Source: the human T2T-CHM13v2.0 reference genome, Homo sapiens. From it: DNA of 64,000 bases. The DNA lies in assembly GCF_009914755.1 (NCBI RefSeq), contig NC_060938.1. One strand, 5' to 3'. The notes beneath the pieces are model-generated. The model was not told the origin of the DNA and searched no databases. It saw only the letters and a list, made by a program, of their open reading frames with translations. Position 1 is the stretch's first letter; each line of letters begins with the position of its first letter. Positions 1 through 17,900 of the stretch are shown one piece after another. The position numbers and the translations under genes were made by a program.

Positions 1-1107
1 GATCTGGAAGATGGTGACCCCTTTCCCACAGCTCTACTAGGCAGTGCTTCAGTGAGGATTCTGTGTGGGGCCTCCAACTCCTATTTCCCCTCCACACTGC
101 CCTAGTAGAGGTTATTTGTGGGGGCTCTCCCCATGCAGCAGTCTTCTGCCTTGGCACCCAGGCTTTCTCATACATCCTTTGAATCTAGGTGGAGGCTGCC
201 AAGCCTCTTTCACTCTTACATTGTGTGTGCCTGCAGGCTTAACACCACATGGAAGCTGCCCAGAGTTATGGCTTGCACCCTCCAAAGTGGCAGCCTGAGA
301 TGTACCTCGGCCCCTTTGGGTCATAGCCAGAGTGGCCAGGATGTGGGGAGCAGTGTCTTGAGGCTGTGCAGGGCAGCAGAGTCCTGGACCTGGCCCCTGA
401 AACCATTCTCTCCTCCTAGGCCTCAAGGCCTGTGATGGGAGGGGCTGCTGCAAACATCTCTGAAATGCCTTTGAAGCCTTTTCCCCATTGTCTTGGCTAT
501 CTGGCTGTCTTTTAGTTATGCAAATATCTCTGGCAAGCAGTTGCTTTGAGGCTTGCTTGAATTCCTTTCCTGAAAAATCTTTTTCTTTCTCTCCCACATG
601 GCTAGGCTACAAATTTTCCAAACTTTTACACTCTGCTTTTTAAAATACAAGTTCTAGCTTTAAGCCATTTCTTTGCTACTGCATCTGAGCATAGGTTATT
701 AGAAGCAGCCAGGTCACCTCTTGAATGCTTCACTGCTTAGAAATTGCTTCCACCAGATATACTAAATTATCACTCTGAAGTTCAAACTTCCACAAATCCC
801 TAGGGCAGGGGCACAATGCAGCCAAGTTTGTTGCTAAGGAATAGCATGGGTGACATTCACTCCAATTGCCAATAAGTTCCTCATTTCCATCTGAAATTTC
901 ATCAGCCTGGCCTTCATTGCCCATATCACTATCAGCATTTTGGTCACAATCATTTAACCAGTCTCTAAGAGGTTCCAAATTTTCGCTCATCTTCCTGTCT
1001 TCTGAGCCCTCCAAATTTCTCAGACCTCTGCCTGTTACCTGGTTCCAAAGCTGCTTCCACATTTTCAGGTATCTTTATAGTAATGCCCCACTTCTCAGTA
1101 CCAATTT
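1..1107 (-). mobile_element. MaLR (MST/THE1-type) internal sequence, runs off the window start
   Basis: Minus-strand translation (NLEGSEDRKMSENLEPLRDWLNDCDQNADSDM) is typical of MST/THE1-int; abuts the MST LTR. Confidence 0.8.
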
Positions 1108-1513
1108 GCTTTATTAGGCCTTTCATGCACCACTATAAAGAAATACCTGAAACTTGGTAATTTATTAAAAAAAAAGGTTTAATTGGCTTATGGCTCTTCA
1201 GGCTTTACAGGAAGCATGGTGCTGGCATCTGGGGAGGCCTAAGGAAGCTTTCAATCATGACAGAAGGCAAAAGGGGAGCAGGCATGTCACATGGCCAGAA
1301 CAGACACAAGACAGAGAGAGTGAGGGGGAGGAGCCACACACTTTTAAATGACTAGATCTTGTGAGAACTCACTCACTATTGCAAAGACAGCACCAAGTCA
1401 TGAGGGATCTGCCCTCATGATCCACATATTTCCCCCCAGGCCCCACCTCCACCATTGGGGATTATAATTCAACATAAGATGTGGGTTGGGACAAATATGC
1501 AAATAATATCACA
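1108..1513 (-). mobile_element. MST-family MaLR LTR (5' LTR of the element above)
   Basis: ctataaagaaatacctgaaacttggtaattta...aatcatgacagaaggcaaaaggggagcagg...ggttgggacaaatatgcaaataatatcaca matches the reverse complement of MSTA/B. Confidence 0.8.
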
Positions 1514-2676
1514 ATAATTTCTTTTATAAAAAAGTGAAAAATACTTTTATTAGAGAATAATTTTCAAAGATCTGTTTAAAACTAACTTTTAAAAACAATG
1601 AACTATGGGAAACATTCACTAATGCATAAAATAAAATATGTAATCTTTTTCATTTTCAGTTTGTGCAAAGTTATTTTCACACCCTGCTGGTAGCAACACA
1701 ATATATTGGTACAATCTTTTACACAGTGAATTACTTGGAAAGGGATTTTGAGATTCATTAAACAGTTCATGCCTTTGAACTGTTTGAAACTGAATGAACA
1801 CCTTTGATCCATTTCTCAGAATTTATATTAAAGATTGATTTTAAGTAGAAAAAACCCTCTAGGCAAGAAAATAGTAAAAATTTCTCAACCAGTTAGAGGA
1901 ATTTGGATGGCAACTTGACTGAATACTTTACAACTATTTAATGAGTTAATAATACTAAAAACATAGTAATGCTCTTGACATACAGTTAGAGAAAACATAG
2001 AGTTCCTATAATAACCATATGCTCACACTAATATCGAATGAATGAAGCACATAGATAAAAACTGGAAGTTTTGATGCAAAACTGAAAGTATGAAATTATT
2101 TAGTGTATGTACTTGCAATATTTTAATTTTTATTTTTTCATGGAATAACTGTGAACTTGTGCCTACAATAAATAACATTTTAAAAATTCTCTTGACTCCA
2201 AATGTTGTAGCTAGTGGAAAAACAAACAAACAAGGATCTCAACCCCAGCTCTGTGCCTCAGCTGTTTCTCCTTTCTTCAACTCTGGGGCATCAATTTTCT
2301 GGTTCCCTTCCCTTAACTAAGTCCTCTTCTTCATTATTCCCCAAGACCTGCTGACAGAAACTCTGCTGAAATATTATTTGTGTCTCAAACCTATCTTTGA
2401 TATGGGCAAATAAGGAAAAAACTATTTTCAGTTCTTTTCTATTTTCTCTGCAGTAGACTCAGTAGCTAGAAGATTGAGCTGATTGTACCAAAAATTAAGA
2501 ATTCTTCATTGACATCACATGGGAAAACCATCTCCGGTTTTCCAAGAAGGAAGATTAGGTAAGGCTATATACCTTGTCATTTTTTTTAAGTTGGAACATT
2601 AAAGATAAAGCTTAAGTCCTCTCTGCTCATGTTTTCATCTGTTCTCTTTTCCCAGAGCTAAATGTTGCTCTGGGTT

Positions 2677-3623
<947 letters not shown>

Positions 3624-4319
3624 CGTTTATAATTTACATTTTAAATTCTTTATCTTTATTAATATGCACATATAAATGTACATACTCATGGGAAATATAA
3701 ACTATGATTTTATGGCATTTTTAACTAAATGTTACATATGATATGTTTTTCTCCACAATTTCCTTTCATTTTACTCAACAAAATAGACTTGAAGACTAGC
3801 CAGGTTGATAGAGATCATCTCATTTCCTTTTAATTCATGTAAAGTAAATCATTCTATCAATATGCTATATTTAATAATACTGATAGTAATAATATTATTT
3901 CTCCACAAAGTAGACAACTAAGGTTCAGAAAGATTAATTTGCCAAGGTCACATAATTAGTAAGTGGCAGAATGAAAGACAAATCAAATCTTCTGACTTTA
4001 GAAAGTTCTTCTGTCTTTCTCATTTCCAACATGTTTAGTGGCAAGAGAAAGGTTTTCTTCACAGAAACCTAATATCCCAAGCAAATTTGTATGTAGGATT
4101 TCTCTTGAAAATTACCTCTCACTTGGCTCTGTTCTTATGGCTATTAGGCAATAAATACTAATAATAAAAATAAAAATAACAAAAACCCCTCTCTCCCATA
4201 TTTTGGAAATTTTTCAATGCAACACAATGGTCAATGTTGTTCATTTTTTCCCTCATTTCTTTGTCTCCAACCAAAGAAGCATATCTCTATTTTAATTACT
4301 CAACAGTGGGGAATCAAAC

Positions 4320-4890
<571 letters not shown>

Positions 4891-4893
4891 TTT

Positions 4894-4911
4894 TGGTGAC
4901 CATGAAGGGAC
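4894..4911 (+). other. Primer-binding site of HERV-W
   Basis: TGGTGACCATGAAGGGAC, 3 nt after the LTR end; TGGTGACC is complementary to the 3' end of tRNA-Trp. Confidence 0.75.
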
Positions 4912-5559
4912 CTCCAAAGTAGTGGTAATATTGGACCACTTTCACTCACTATTCTGTCCTATCCTTCCTTAGAATTGGAGGAAAATACTGGGCACCTGTC
5001 TGCCAGTTAAAAATGGTTAGCGTGGCCACCGGACTTAAGATTCAGGTGTGAGGCTATCTGGGGAAGAGCTTTCTAACAACCCCCAACCCTTCTGGGTTGG
5101 GGACGTTGGTCTGCCTGGAGCCAGCTCCCACTTTCAACTTTCTTGGGGAAGTGGAGGGCTGACTAGAGGCAGAAAGCTCTCATCCAGAACTCCCAGCAGT
5201 AGCCGGTTGAGACCATGGCGCAGCCAGAAGTCTCTAGTCAACAGTCGCCCATACCTCCTGGGTCCCGACCACAACTTTCTTGAAAGTGTAGCCCCAAAAT
5301 TCTCCTTACCTCTGAATCTACTTCCTCTGATCCCTGCCTCCTAGGTACTAATGGTTCAGACTTTCATTTCCTCTAGCAAGTTGTATCTCCAAAGGGATCT
5401 AAGGAAGCTCTACACTGTGTCCTTAGGCACTTAGGCTATAACCCAGGGAGTCTTATCCCTGGTGTCCCTCCCAATTTAGGTATACGGCTCTCAACATGGG
5501 CTGTTATGTGGGACACATTCCCCACCACCCTTGTCAGGGCCCCAAGTTTGTAATGGCTA

Positions 5560-5678
5560 AGAGAGAGAGACAGAGAGAAGACAGAGAGAGAGAGAGATGG
5601 AGAGAGAGAGAGACAAAGATGGAGAGAGAGACAAAGAGGGAGTCAAAGAGAAAAAGATAGAAATAGAAAAAGAAAAGT
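5560..5678 (+). repeat. AG-rich (GA)n tract in the HERV-W leader
   Basis: gagagagagacagagagaagacagagagag... purine tract, a known feature of the HERV-W 5' leader. Confidence 0.85.
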
Positions 5679-6766
5679 GTGCCCTGTTCCTTTAAAAGCC
5701 AGGGTAAATTTAAAACCTGTAATTGATAATTGAAGGTCTTGTCCATGACCCTATAACACTCCAATACTTTTTTATTTACACTTTGTTGTCAGTGTAAATA
5801 AGGGCTTAGCCCGAAAGCACTGAGGCCACTGACAACCTGTAGCTTTCCTATCAAAAATCCTTAACCCAGTAACCCACGGATGGGCCAAATGCATTCAGTC
5901 AGTACCGGCAACTGCTTTGCTAAAAGCAGAAAAGTAACTTTTAGAGGAAACCTCATTGTGAGCACACCTCACCAGTTCAGAATTATTCTAAGTCAAAAAA
6001 GCAAAAAGGTAGCTTACTAACTCAAAAATCTTAAAGTATGGGGCTATTCTGTTAGAAAAGGGTAATGTAACTCCAACCTCTGATAATTCCCTTAACCTAG
6101 CAGATTTCCTAACAGGGGATTTAAATCTTAATTACCATACAAAGGTCCGACCAGACCTAGGAAGAACTCCCTTCAGGACAGGATGATAGATGGTTCCTCC
6201 CAAGTGACTGAGGAAAAAACCACAATGGGTATTCAGTAATTGATAAGGAGACTCTTGCGGAAGCAGAGTTAGAAAAATTGCCCAATAGTTGGTCTCCTCA
6301 AATGTGCGAGCTGTTTGCACTCAGCCAAGCCTTAAAGTAATTACAGAATCAAAAGACTATCTCAATCCTGACTCAAAAGGTTACCTACACCCTCTCTGAA
6401 ATGAATTTGCATAAGAACTGTTGTTTATGGGAATGCATCTTGATGGGGCAGCTGGGTTGTTATGAAATACTCAGGAAACTAGCCCAGATCTAGGACTCAC
6501 CCCTGAGAGCAAAGGCAATGTTGGGCATGCTGGTAAAGGACCGCTAGAATCCAGCAGCCAGGACCACTTTCTTTGTGGTCAAGAAAGGTGGGAAAACAGG
6601 TGCAGGACTGCTACACTGGTAAGCATAACTAATCCGATAAGCAGAGGTCCATGGGTGGTTACGCACCCTGGAAAGGAATAAGCATTAGGACTATAGAGGA
6701 CACTCTAGGACTAATGCTCATCGGAAAATGACTAGGGGTACTGGCATCCCTATGTTCTTTTTTCAG

Positions 6767-8230
6767 ATGGGAAATGTTCCCCCCAAGGCAGAAATGCCCC
6801 TAAGATGTATTCTGGAGAAATGGGACCAATCTGACCATCAGACACTAAGAAAGAAATGACTTATATTCTTCTGCAGTACCACCTGGCCACAATATCTTCT
6901 TCAAGGGGCAGAAACCTGGCCTCCTGAGGGAAGTATAAATTATAACACCATCTTACAGCTAGACCTCTTTTGTAGAAAAGAAGGCAAATGGAGTGAAGTG
7001 CCATATGTACAAACTTTCTTTTCATTAAGAGATAACTCCCAATTATGTAAAAAGTGTGATTTATGCCCTACAGGAAGCCCTCAGAGTCTACCTCCCGACC
7101 CCAGCAAGACCCCAACTCCTTCTCCAACTAATAAGGACCCCCCTTCAACCCAAATGGTCCAAAAGGAGATAGACAAAGGGGTAAACAATGAACCAAAGAG
7201 TGCCAATATTACACGATTATACTCGCTCCAAGCAGTGGGAGGAGAATTTGGCCCAGCCAGCGTGCATGTACCTTTTTCTCTCTCAGATTTAAAGCAAATT
7301 AAAATAGACCTAGGTAAATTCTCAGATAACCCTGATGGCTATATTGATGTTTTACAAGGGTTAGGACAATCCTTTGATCTGACATGGAGAGATATAATGT
7401 TACTGCTAAATCAGACACTAACCCCAAATGAAAAAAGTGCTGCCATAACAGCAGCCTGAGAGTTTGGCGAACTCTGGTATCTCAGTCAGGTCAATGATAG
7501 GATGACAACAGATGAAAGAGAATGATTCCCCACAGGCCAGCAGGCAGTTCCCAGTGTAGACCCTCATTAGGACACAGAATCAGAACTTGGAGATTGGTGC
7601 CACAGACATTTGCTAACTTGCGTGCTAGAAGGACTAAGGAAAACTAGGAAGAAGCCCATGAATTATTCAATGATGTCCCCTATAACACAGGGAAAGGAAG
7701 AAAATCCTACTGCCTTTCTGGAGAGACTAAGGGAAGGATTGAGGAAGCATACCTCCCTGTCACCTGACTCTATTAAAGGCCAACTAATCTTAAAGGATAA
7801 GTTTATCACTCAGTCAGCTGCAGACATTAAGAAAAAACTTCAAAAGTATGCCTTAGGCCCAGAGCAAAACTTAGAAACCCTACTGAACTTGGCAACCTCA
7901 GTTTTTTATAATAGAGATCAGGAAGAGCAGGGGAATGGGACAAATGGGATAAAAAAAAAAAAAAAGGTGACTGCTTTAGTCGTGGCCCTCAGGCAAATGG
8001 ACTTTGGAGGCTCCAGAAAAGGGAAAAGCTGAGCAAATTGAATGCCTAACAGGGCTTGCTTCTAGTGTGGTCTACAAGGACACTTTAAAAAAGATTGTCC
8101 AAGTAGAAACAAGCTGCCCCCTTGTCCATGCCCCTTATGTCAAGGGAATCACTGGAAGGCCCACTGCCCCAGGAGATGAAGGTCCTCTGAGTCAGAAGCC
8201 ACTAACCAGATAATCCAGCAGCAGGACTGA
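6767..8230 (+). pseudogene. HERV-W gag, disrupted
   Basis: ATG GGA AAT GTT CCC (MGNVP) at 6767; in-frame TGA at 6857 and 7457; ORF pieces 6998-7459 and 7610-8032 with the MHR-like ITQGKEENPTAFLERL; zinc-knuckle remnants at about 8060-8170. Confidence 0.9.
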
Positions 8231-10834
8231 GGATGCCCAGGGCAAGCGCCAGCCCATGCCATCACCCTCACAGAGCCTTGGGTATGCTTGACCATTGAGG
8301 GCCAGGAGGTTCACTGTCTCTTGGACACTGGTATGGCCTTCTCAGTCTTACTCTCCTGTCCTGGACAACTGTCCTTCAGATCTGTCACTATCCGAGGGGT
8401 CCTAGGACAGCCAGTCACTAGATACTTCTCCCAGCCACTGAGTTGTGACTGGGGAACTTTACTCTTTTCACATGCTTTTCTAATTATGCGTGAAAGCCCC
8501 ACTCCCTTGTTAGGGAGAGACATTCTAGCAAAAGCATGGGCCATTATACACCTGAACATAGCAGAAGGAACACCCATTTGTTGTCCCCTGCTTGAGAAAG
8601 GAATTAATCCTGAAGTCTAAGCAACAGAAGGACAATATAGACGAGCAAAGAATGCCCATCCTGTTCAAGTTAAACTAAAGGATTCCGCCTCCTTTCCCTA
8701 CCAAAGGCAGTACCCCCTTAGACCCAAGGCCCAACAAGGACTCCAAAAAACTGTTAAGGACCTAAAAGCCCAAGGCCTAGTAAAACCATGCAGTAGCCCC
8801 TGCAATACTCCAACTGTAGGAGTACAGAAACCCAACGGACAGTGGAGGTTAGTGCAAAATCTCAGGATTATCAATGAGACTGTTGTTCCTCTATACCCAG
8901 CTGAACCTAACCCTTATACTCTGCTTTCCCAAATACCAGAGGAAGCAGAGTGGTATATAGTCCTGGACCTTAAGGATGCCTTCTTCTGCATCCCTGTACA
9001 TCCTGATTCCCAATTCCTGTTTGCCTTTGAAGATCCTTCAAACTCAACGTCTCAACTCACCTGGACTGTTTTACGCCAAGGGTTCAGGGATAGCCCCCAT
9101 CTATTTGGCCAGGCATTAGCCCAAGATTTGAGCCAATTCTCATACCTGGACACTCTTGTCCTTTGGTATGTGGATGATTTACTTTTAGCCACCTGTTCAG
9201 AAACCTTGTGCCATCAAGCCACCCAAGTGCTCTTAAATTTCCTCACCACCTGTGGCTACAAGGTTTCCAAACCAAAGGCTCAGCTCTGCTCACAGCAGGT
9301 TAAATACTTAGGGCTAAAATTATCCAAAGGCTTGAGGGCCCTCAGTGAGGAACACATCCAGCCTATACTGGCTTATCCTCTTCCCAAAACCCTAAAGCAA
9401 CTAAGAGGGTTCCTTGGCATAACAGGTTTCTACCGAATGTGGATTCCCAGGTACAGCAAAATAGGCAGATCATTATATACACTAATTAAAGAAACTCAGA
9501 AAGCCAATACCCATTTAGTAAGATGGACACCTGAAGCAGAAGCAGCTTTCCAGGCCCTAAAGAGGGCCCTAACCCAAGCCCCAGTGTTAAGCTTGCCAAG
9601 GGGCAAGACTTTTCTTTATATGTCACAGAAAAAACAGGAATAGCTCTAGGAGCCATCACACAAGTCTGAGGGACTAGCTTGCAACCCGTGGCATACCTGA
9701 GTAAAGAAATTGATGTAGTAGCAAAGGATTGGCTTCATTGTTTACAGGTAGTGGTGGCAGTAGCAGTCTTAGTGTCTGAAGTGGTTAAAATGATACAGGG
9801 AAGAGATCTTACTGTGTGGACATCTCATGATGTGAATGCCATACTCACTGCTAAAGGAGACTTGTGGCTGTCAGACAACCGTTTACTTAAATATCAGGCT
9901 CTATTACTTGAAGGGCCAGTGCTGCAACTGCGCACTTGTGTAACTCTTAACCCAGTCACATTTCTTCCAGACAATGAAGAAAAGATAGAACATAACTGCC
10001 AACAAGTAATTGCTCAAACCTATGCCACTCGAGGGGACTTTTTAGAGGTTCCCTTGACTGATCCCCACCTCAACTTGTATACTGATGGAAGTTCCTTTGT
10101 AGAAAAAGGACTTCAAAAAGTGGGGTATGCAGTGGTCAGTGATAATGGAATACTTGAAAGTAATCCCCTCACTCCAGGAACTAGTGCTCAGCTGGCAGAA
10201 CTAATAGCCCTCACTCGGGTACTAGAATCAGGAGAAGGAAAAAGGGTAAATATATATACAGACTCTAAGTGTGCTTACCTAGTCCTCCATGCCCATGCAG
10301 CAATATGGAGAGAAAGGGAATTCCTAACTTCCGAGGGAACACCTATCAAACATCAGGAAGCCATTAGGAAATTATTATTGGCTGTACAGAAACCTAAAGA
10401 GGTGGCAGTTTTACACTGCCGGGGTCATCAGAAAGGAAAGGAAAGGGAAATACAAGGGAGCCACCAAGTTGATATTGAAGTCAAAAGAGCCACAAGGCTG
10501 GACCCTCCATTAGAAATGCTTATAGGAGGACCCCTAGTATGGGGTAATCCCCTCTGGGAAGCCAAGCCCCAGTACTCAGCAGGAGAAATAGAATAGGGAA
10601 CTTCATGAAGACATACTTCCCTCCCCTCCAGATGGCTAGCCACCAATAAAGGAAAAATACTTTTGCCTGCAGCTAACCAATAGAAATTACTTAAAACCCT
10701 TCATCAAACCTTCCACTTAGGCATTGATAGCACCCATGAGATGGCCAAATTATTATTTACTGGACCAGGCCTTTTCAAAACTATCAAGCAGATAGTCAGG
10801 GCCTGTAAAGTCTGCCAAAGAAATAATCCCCTGC
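8231..10834 (+). pseudogene. HERV-W pro-pol (protease, RT, RNase H, integrase N-terminus only), disrupted
   Basis: LLDTG protease motif; RT DLKDAFF, LRQG (for LPQG) and YVDD at 9167-9178; RNase H YTDGSS...TSAQLAELIAL; integrase HHCC (H-QTF-H ... CKVC), then truncation; stops and frameshifts at about 8620, 9640 and 10596. Confidence 0.92.
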
Positions 10835-10856
10835 ACTGCAGGCCATACATTTCAAT

Positions 10857-11091
10857 CCCTGTATCTTTAACCTCCTTCTTAAATTTGTCTCTTCCAGAAT
10901 CAAAGCTGTAAAATTACAAATAGTTCTTCAAATGGAGCCACAGATGCAGTCCATGACTAAGATCCACCACAGACCCCTGGACCAGCCTGCTAGCCCACGC
11001 TCCAATGTTAATGACATCGAAGGCACCCCCTCCTGAGGAAATCTCAACTGCACAACCCCTACTATGCCCCAATTCAGCAGAAAGCAGTTAG
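10857..11091 (+). pseudogene. HERV-W env C-terminal remnant (end of TM plus cytoplasmic tail)
   Basis: PCIFNLLLKFVSSRIKAVKLQIVLQMEPQMQSMTKIHHRPLDQPASPRSNVNDIEGTP is homologous to the syncytin-1 tail. Confidence 0.9.
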
Positions 11092-11149
11092 AGTGGTCAT
11101 CAGCCAACCTCCCCAACAGCACTTGGGTTTTCCTGTTGAGAGGCAGGAC

Positions 11150-11937
<788 letters not shown>

Positions 11938-12176
11938 AAACCTGATGTTTGTTCTCTACTAAGGAATAAAACAGGCATACATGTGAGATAACTATAAAGA
12001 GTCAGGACATGATAGAGGTCTGCACACTATATCAGAAGCCCTGTTTCCAGCTCTGTGGCTGCAGCATCGCACAACTCCAGTGCTCTGCCTGAGGCTGGCT
12101 GTGCATGCAGAGCTGAGCCCTAGGTTTTGGCAGGACAAGACATGTTTTATTCAGGGAGATGAGAAGGCCTGTCAAC

Positions 12177-13116
<940 letters not shown>

Positions 13117-13571
13117 CAAAAAACAAAATACTCAGAGCTTGTACCCCAGACTCATCTGCCACAGGGACTGGGAGAGATCCACGGGCCCTAAACTGAAAAA
13201 TGTGAGCCTGTGGACAGCATTCATGAAGTATGGACAGGAAACAGGTAACTGTTGCAAGAAAAACCCTCTCAAACTGCATTCATTGAGCAGTGCTTTCAAT
13301 CCACAGTCCTTAAATTGACTTTCTCCTTCAAATTTTAGCAGGTAACAAAACAGTACTTTATTTTAATCTAATTATTTTTCTTTTTTCTTTAACTTTTTAT
13401 TTGATATATTTCAAAATATAAAATAATACTGCTTATTGTAATAGATGAAGTAATAAAAAGTTTTATAAAGAAAAAGTTAATTCTCACTCATCTGCTCCCT
13501 ACTGAAGTAAATAATATTAATAACCTGATAAGTGTCCTTTCCCACTATTCTTTCTGCTTATATAAATATAG

Positions 13572-13920
<349 letters not shown>

Positions 13921-15905
13921 ACAAATCTGTTAATAAATGTGTGACCAATTGGAATTTTTCCTCTGAATCGCCTTTTACATCTTTGTCCATTTTTCTTTTA
14001 GGTTATATATTTCTCACTTAAAAATGCATGCTAGAGATGTCAAAAATTTTTTTTATTTCTCCAGTCTATTGTTTGTCTTCTGATTTTGTTTATAGCACGT
14101 AGCATGGTATCCTTTGCCTCTAAATATACTCTAAACTGTATATAGTTAAATATGCCTGTCTTCTTTATATCTTCTGCATTTCTACCATACTTAAAAATAG
14201 TACAGGTTTATATAAATATTCCCAGATTCTTAGACAACAGTTTTATCATTTTGCTTTTTACAATAAAATCTTTCAACCATCTGGAAACTGTTTTTATATA
14301 TGAAATCTATTTTCCACTATTGAAATGTCTTTGTCATATTTTATGTTTCTTAAACATAATCAAATTATATACATCCATATTAAGAACTTTACCAGTATCC
14401 AAACATTACAGAATAATGTAAGAATCACAGTGGAACTGGGTGCTGGTGAAAATAATCACTGAATTCTCCAGTGCCAGTTTGAAAGGAGAAATTATTAGCC
14501 ATTCCACTGGGGTGAGAAAGGCCAATGAGTTTGACTGATGTTAACCAAAGAGAGATTAAAGGATGGACTAAAAGTATAAAGGGGTGACATCTTGGGGAAA
14601 TGCAAGTCTTGTGCAGAGAGAGGAAGATGTTTAACTTATCCTACTCAACTCCTTTCCTATATGACCGGAGGTGCCTAGTCCAGCTTCCACCCACTCCACT
14701 AAGTTGAGGAATAGCTATCATCACATGTCTGGAAGATAATCAGCTTCTGAACTGGCAGAGCGTCTCTGGTTCTTGTGGCAAAGACATAAAATGTGGGAGA
14801 AAGTAGAGAAAAAGAAAGTGTGGTAGCCTGCATTCCCACCTTTTATTGAGGCAATTTTTCATGTACTAGTGGTTTTAATGAATCTGTATAGGTCTGAACC
14901 AACTTGAACCTGAACCTACCCTGCCTCCAAACAGCTGTCACTTAGGGGAAGGCTCTAGCACAGGAGGCTGTGGATTGACCCATGTGTGAACTGGAGGAGG
15001 AGGAGGAGGTTGAGCTTGAGAACGATCACCACTCCAGGAAATCACGCAGATGAAGGGCCCTGTAGCCCCCTGAAGAAAACACTAGCACACCGTTGTGAGA
15101 AAGCACACATTTGGATTTCTGCCACCAAGAGGGAATCCATGGCCAGGAAGAGATAAGAACCAACAGGAAGGAGAAGGAACCTCTCCATCAGAACCCTGAG
15201 AAATTCACATAAGGAAACAGCATCTGAGCAACCAAGAAGACAAGGCCCCTCAGCCCAGGAGAGGCTGAAAAGAGAGTCCTTTATTTCTCCCACCACTCTG
15301 CCCAACAGCTGAGGGTTGACATGGGGTGAAGTCTGAAAGAATAGCACATCTACCTGTCAGTGGAGCTCCCAGAGTCTTCCTGCTGGGTGTGGGTGGAGGG
15401 TAGAGCTTTGACTCTAAAATACTAATTAAGTTCAAAATGAATACACACATAGTTGGAACAAAACTGCTTTAGTAACTAAAAGAGAAAGGATAACCTGTTT
15501 CCCAGTGGAAAAGAGATGATTGATAAGTGAAAAAAAAATGAAAACAATTTCACACTCACATTTATCTCATGACTTGAAATGCTCTAGTCAGCACAGTAAT
15601 ATCTGGATCTCTTTGGGTATTTTCTATTAAATGTTCCGCTTATTGGCTTAATCCTTCACTTATATCATATTGTTTTGTTTAGAGTAGTTTAGAGTAAGTT
15701 TTTATGTCATAAAAAAACTGATCTTAATATTCCTTTTCAAGAATGCAGTTGAAAGTTCCTAGATATTTGTTCTCTCTTATGCATTTCATCTTGTTCAAAC
15801 AAATGGCATTCTGACTGTAACTACTTTGGAAAGTTTAACATTTTAGGACATTATATTTTTCCACAAAAGAAAAATCCATCTATTTAGGTCTTATTTTAAA
15901 AGTAA

Positions 15906-16229
<324 letters not shown>

Positions 16230-16571
16230 AGATTTCTGCTTTTCTTATTAAATCAATTGCTAAATATTGTATCATCTGTGTTGCATTATTACTGAAATTT
16301 TTCTTCATTTAGAGAAATTTATTCCATATAAGGAAAAATTACTAATTTTTAATATTTGCTTAATAGCCAACAATTTTTGTTACTTGTTGATTTTTAGCAG
16401 TACTATGACCAAAGTGGCACATGTACATGTTTATTTTTTAAATTCCTGAATAGTACAGAAAAGTCTGTATTACAAATCTGGTTTCTTATTTCTCTCCAAC
16501 TTTCAATCCTTGTCCATAAATATTTACACTTTTAAGTCTGGATCTTCTAGCAGTGAGCTCCATATTTCTAA

Positions 16572-16931
<360 letters not shown>

Positions 16932-16964
16932 TAGGTGTTACCTGTTGACTTTCGTTTTGTTTTT

Positions 16965-17900
16965 TAAATAGACTTAATTTTTTAAAGCAATTTTAGGTTC
17001 ACGGAAAAATTAAGCAGAAAGTAGAGAGTTTCCCATATACTTCCAGGCCTCACATATCCACAGGCTCCCATGCTATGGACATCTTCCACCAGAGTGATAA
17101 CATTTGTTCCACTGATGAAGCTACATTGACGTATTATTATTACCCACAGTCCATAGATTACATTAGGGTTCTCTAGTGGTGTTGTACGTTACATGGGTCT
17201 GGACAAATATATAATGACGTGTAGCCGCCATTACAGTCTCATACAGGTTGTTTCACTGCCCCAAAATCCTCTGTGCTCTGCCCGTTCACTCCTCCCTCCC
17301 CCCAGCTCCTGACAACCACTGATCTTGTTACTGTTTCCATGGTGTTGACTATTCCAAAATGTCATATACTTAGAGTCATAACAGTATATAGCCTTTTTAG
17401 ATTGGCGTCTTTCACTTAGCAATAGGCATTTCAGATTTTTCCATGTGTTTCATGGCTTGATACCTCATGTCTTTTGAGTGCTAAATAATATTCTGTTGTC
17501 TGGATGTACCACAGTTTATTTACCTATTGAAGGACATCTTGGCCACTTCCAAGTTTGGGCAATTATGAAGGAAGCTGCTATAAATTCATGCACATTTTGA
17601 ACTCATTTGCTTAAATAAGAAAGAGCATAATTTCTGGATCATATGCAAAGAATATGTTTAGCTTTGTGAGAAACTGCCAGTTTTCTTCCAAAATGGCTGT
17701 ACCATTTTGCATTCCCACCAGCAAGGAAGGAGAATTCCTGTTGCTCCACACCCTCACTGGCATTTGGTATCGTCCGTGTTTTGGATTTTTGCCATTCTAT
17801 CTGGTGTGGAGAGGTCGCTCATTGTTGTAATTTGCAATTCCCTAGTGACATTTGCATGGAGGGTATCTTTTCATGTGCTTATTTGTCATTTATGTACATT
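16965..17900 (-). mobile_element. Old L1 (L1MB/MC-type) 3' end fragment
   Basis: tttaggttcacggaaaaattaagcagaaagtagagag...gctgtaccattttgcattcccaccagcaa, typical L1M 3'UTR/ORF2 end. Confidence 0.75.

Noticed and set aside
65-1117. Cluster of overlapping ORFs at the window start
   Set aside because: MaLR internal sequence with no coherent protein.
8852-10596. Long RT and RNase H ORFs as functional genes
   Set aside because: These are HERV-W pol fragments split by stops and frameshifts; LPQG is mutated and the integrase core is deleted.
14420-15550. Purine-rich, LTR-like stretch with short ORFs
   Set aside because: Probably an old LTR, but I could not assign family or boundaries from sequence alone.
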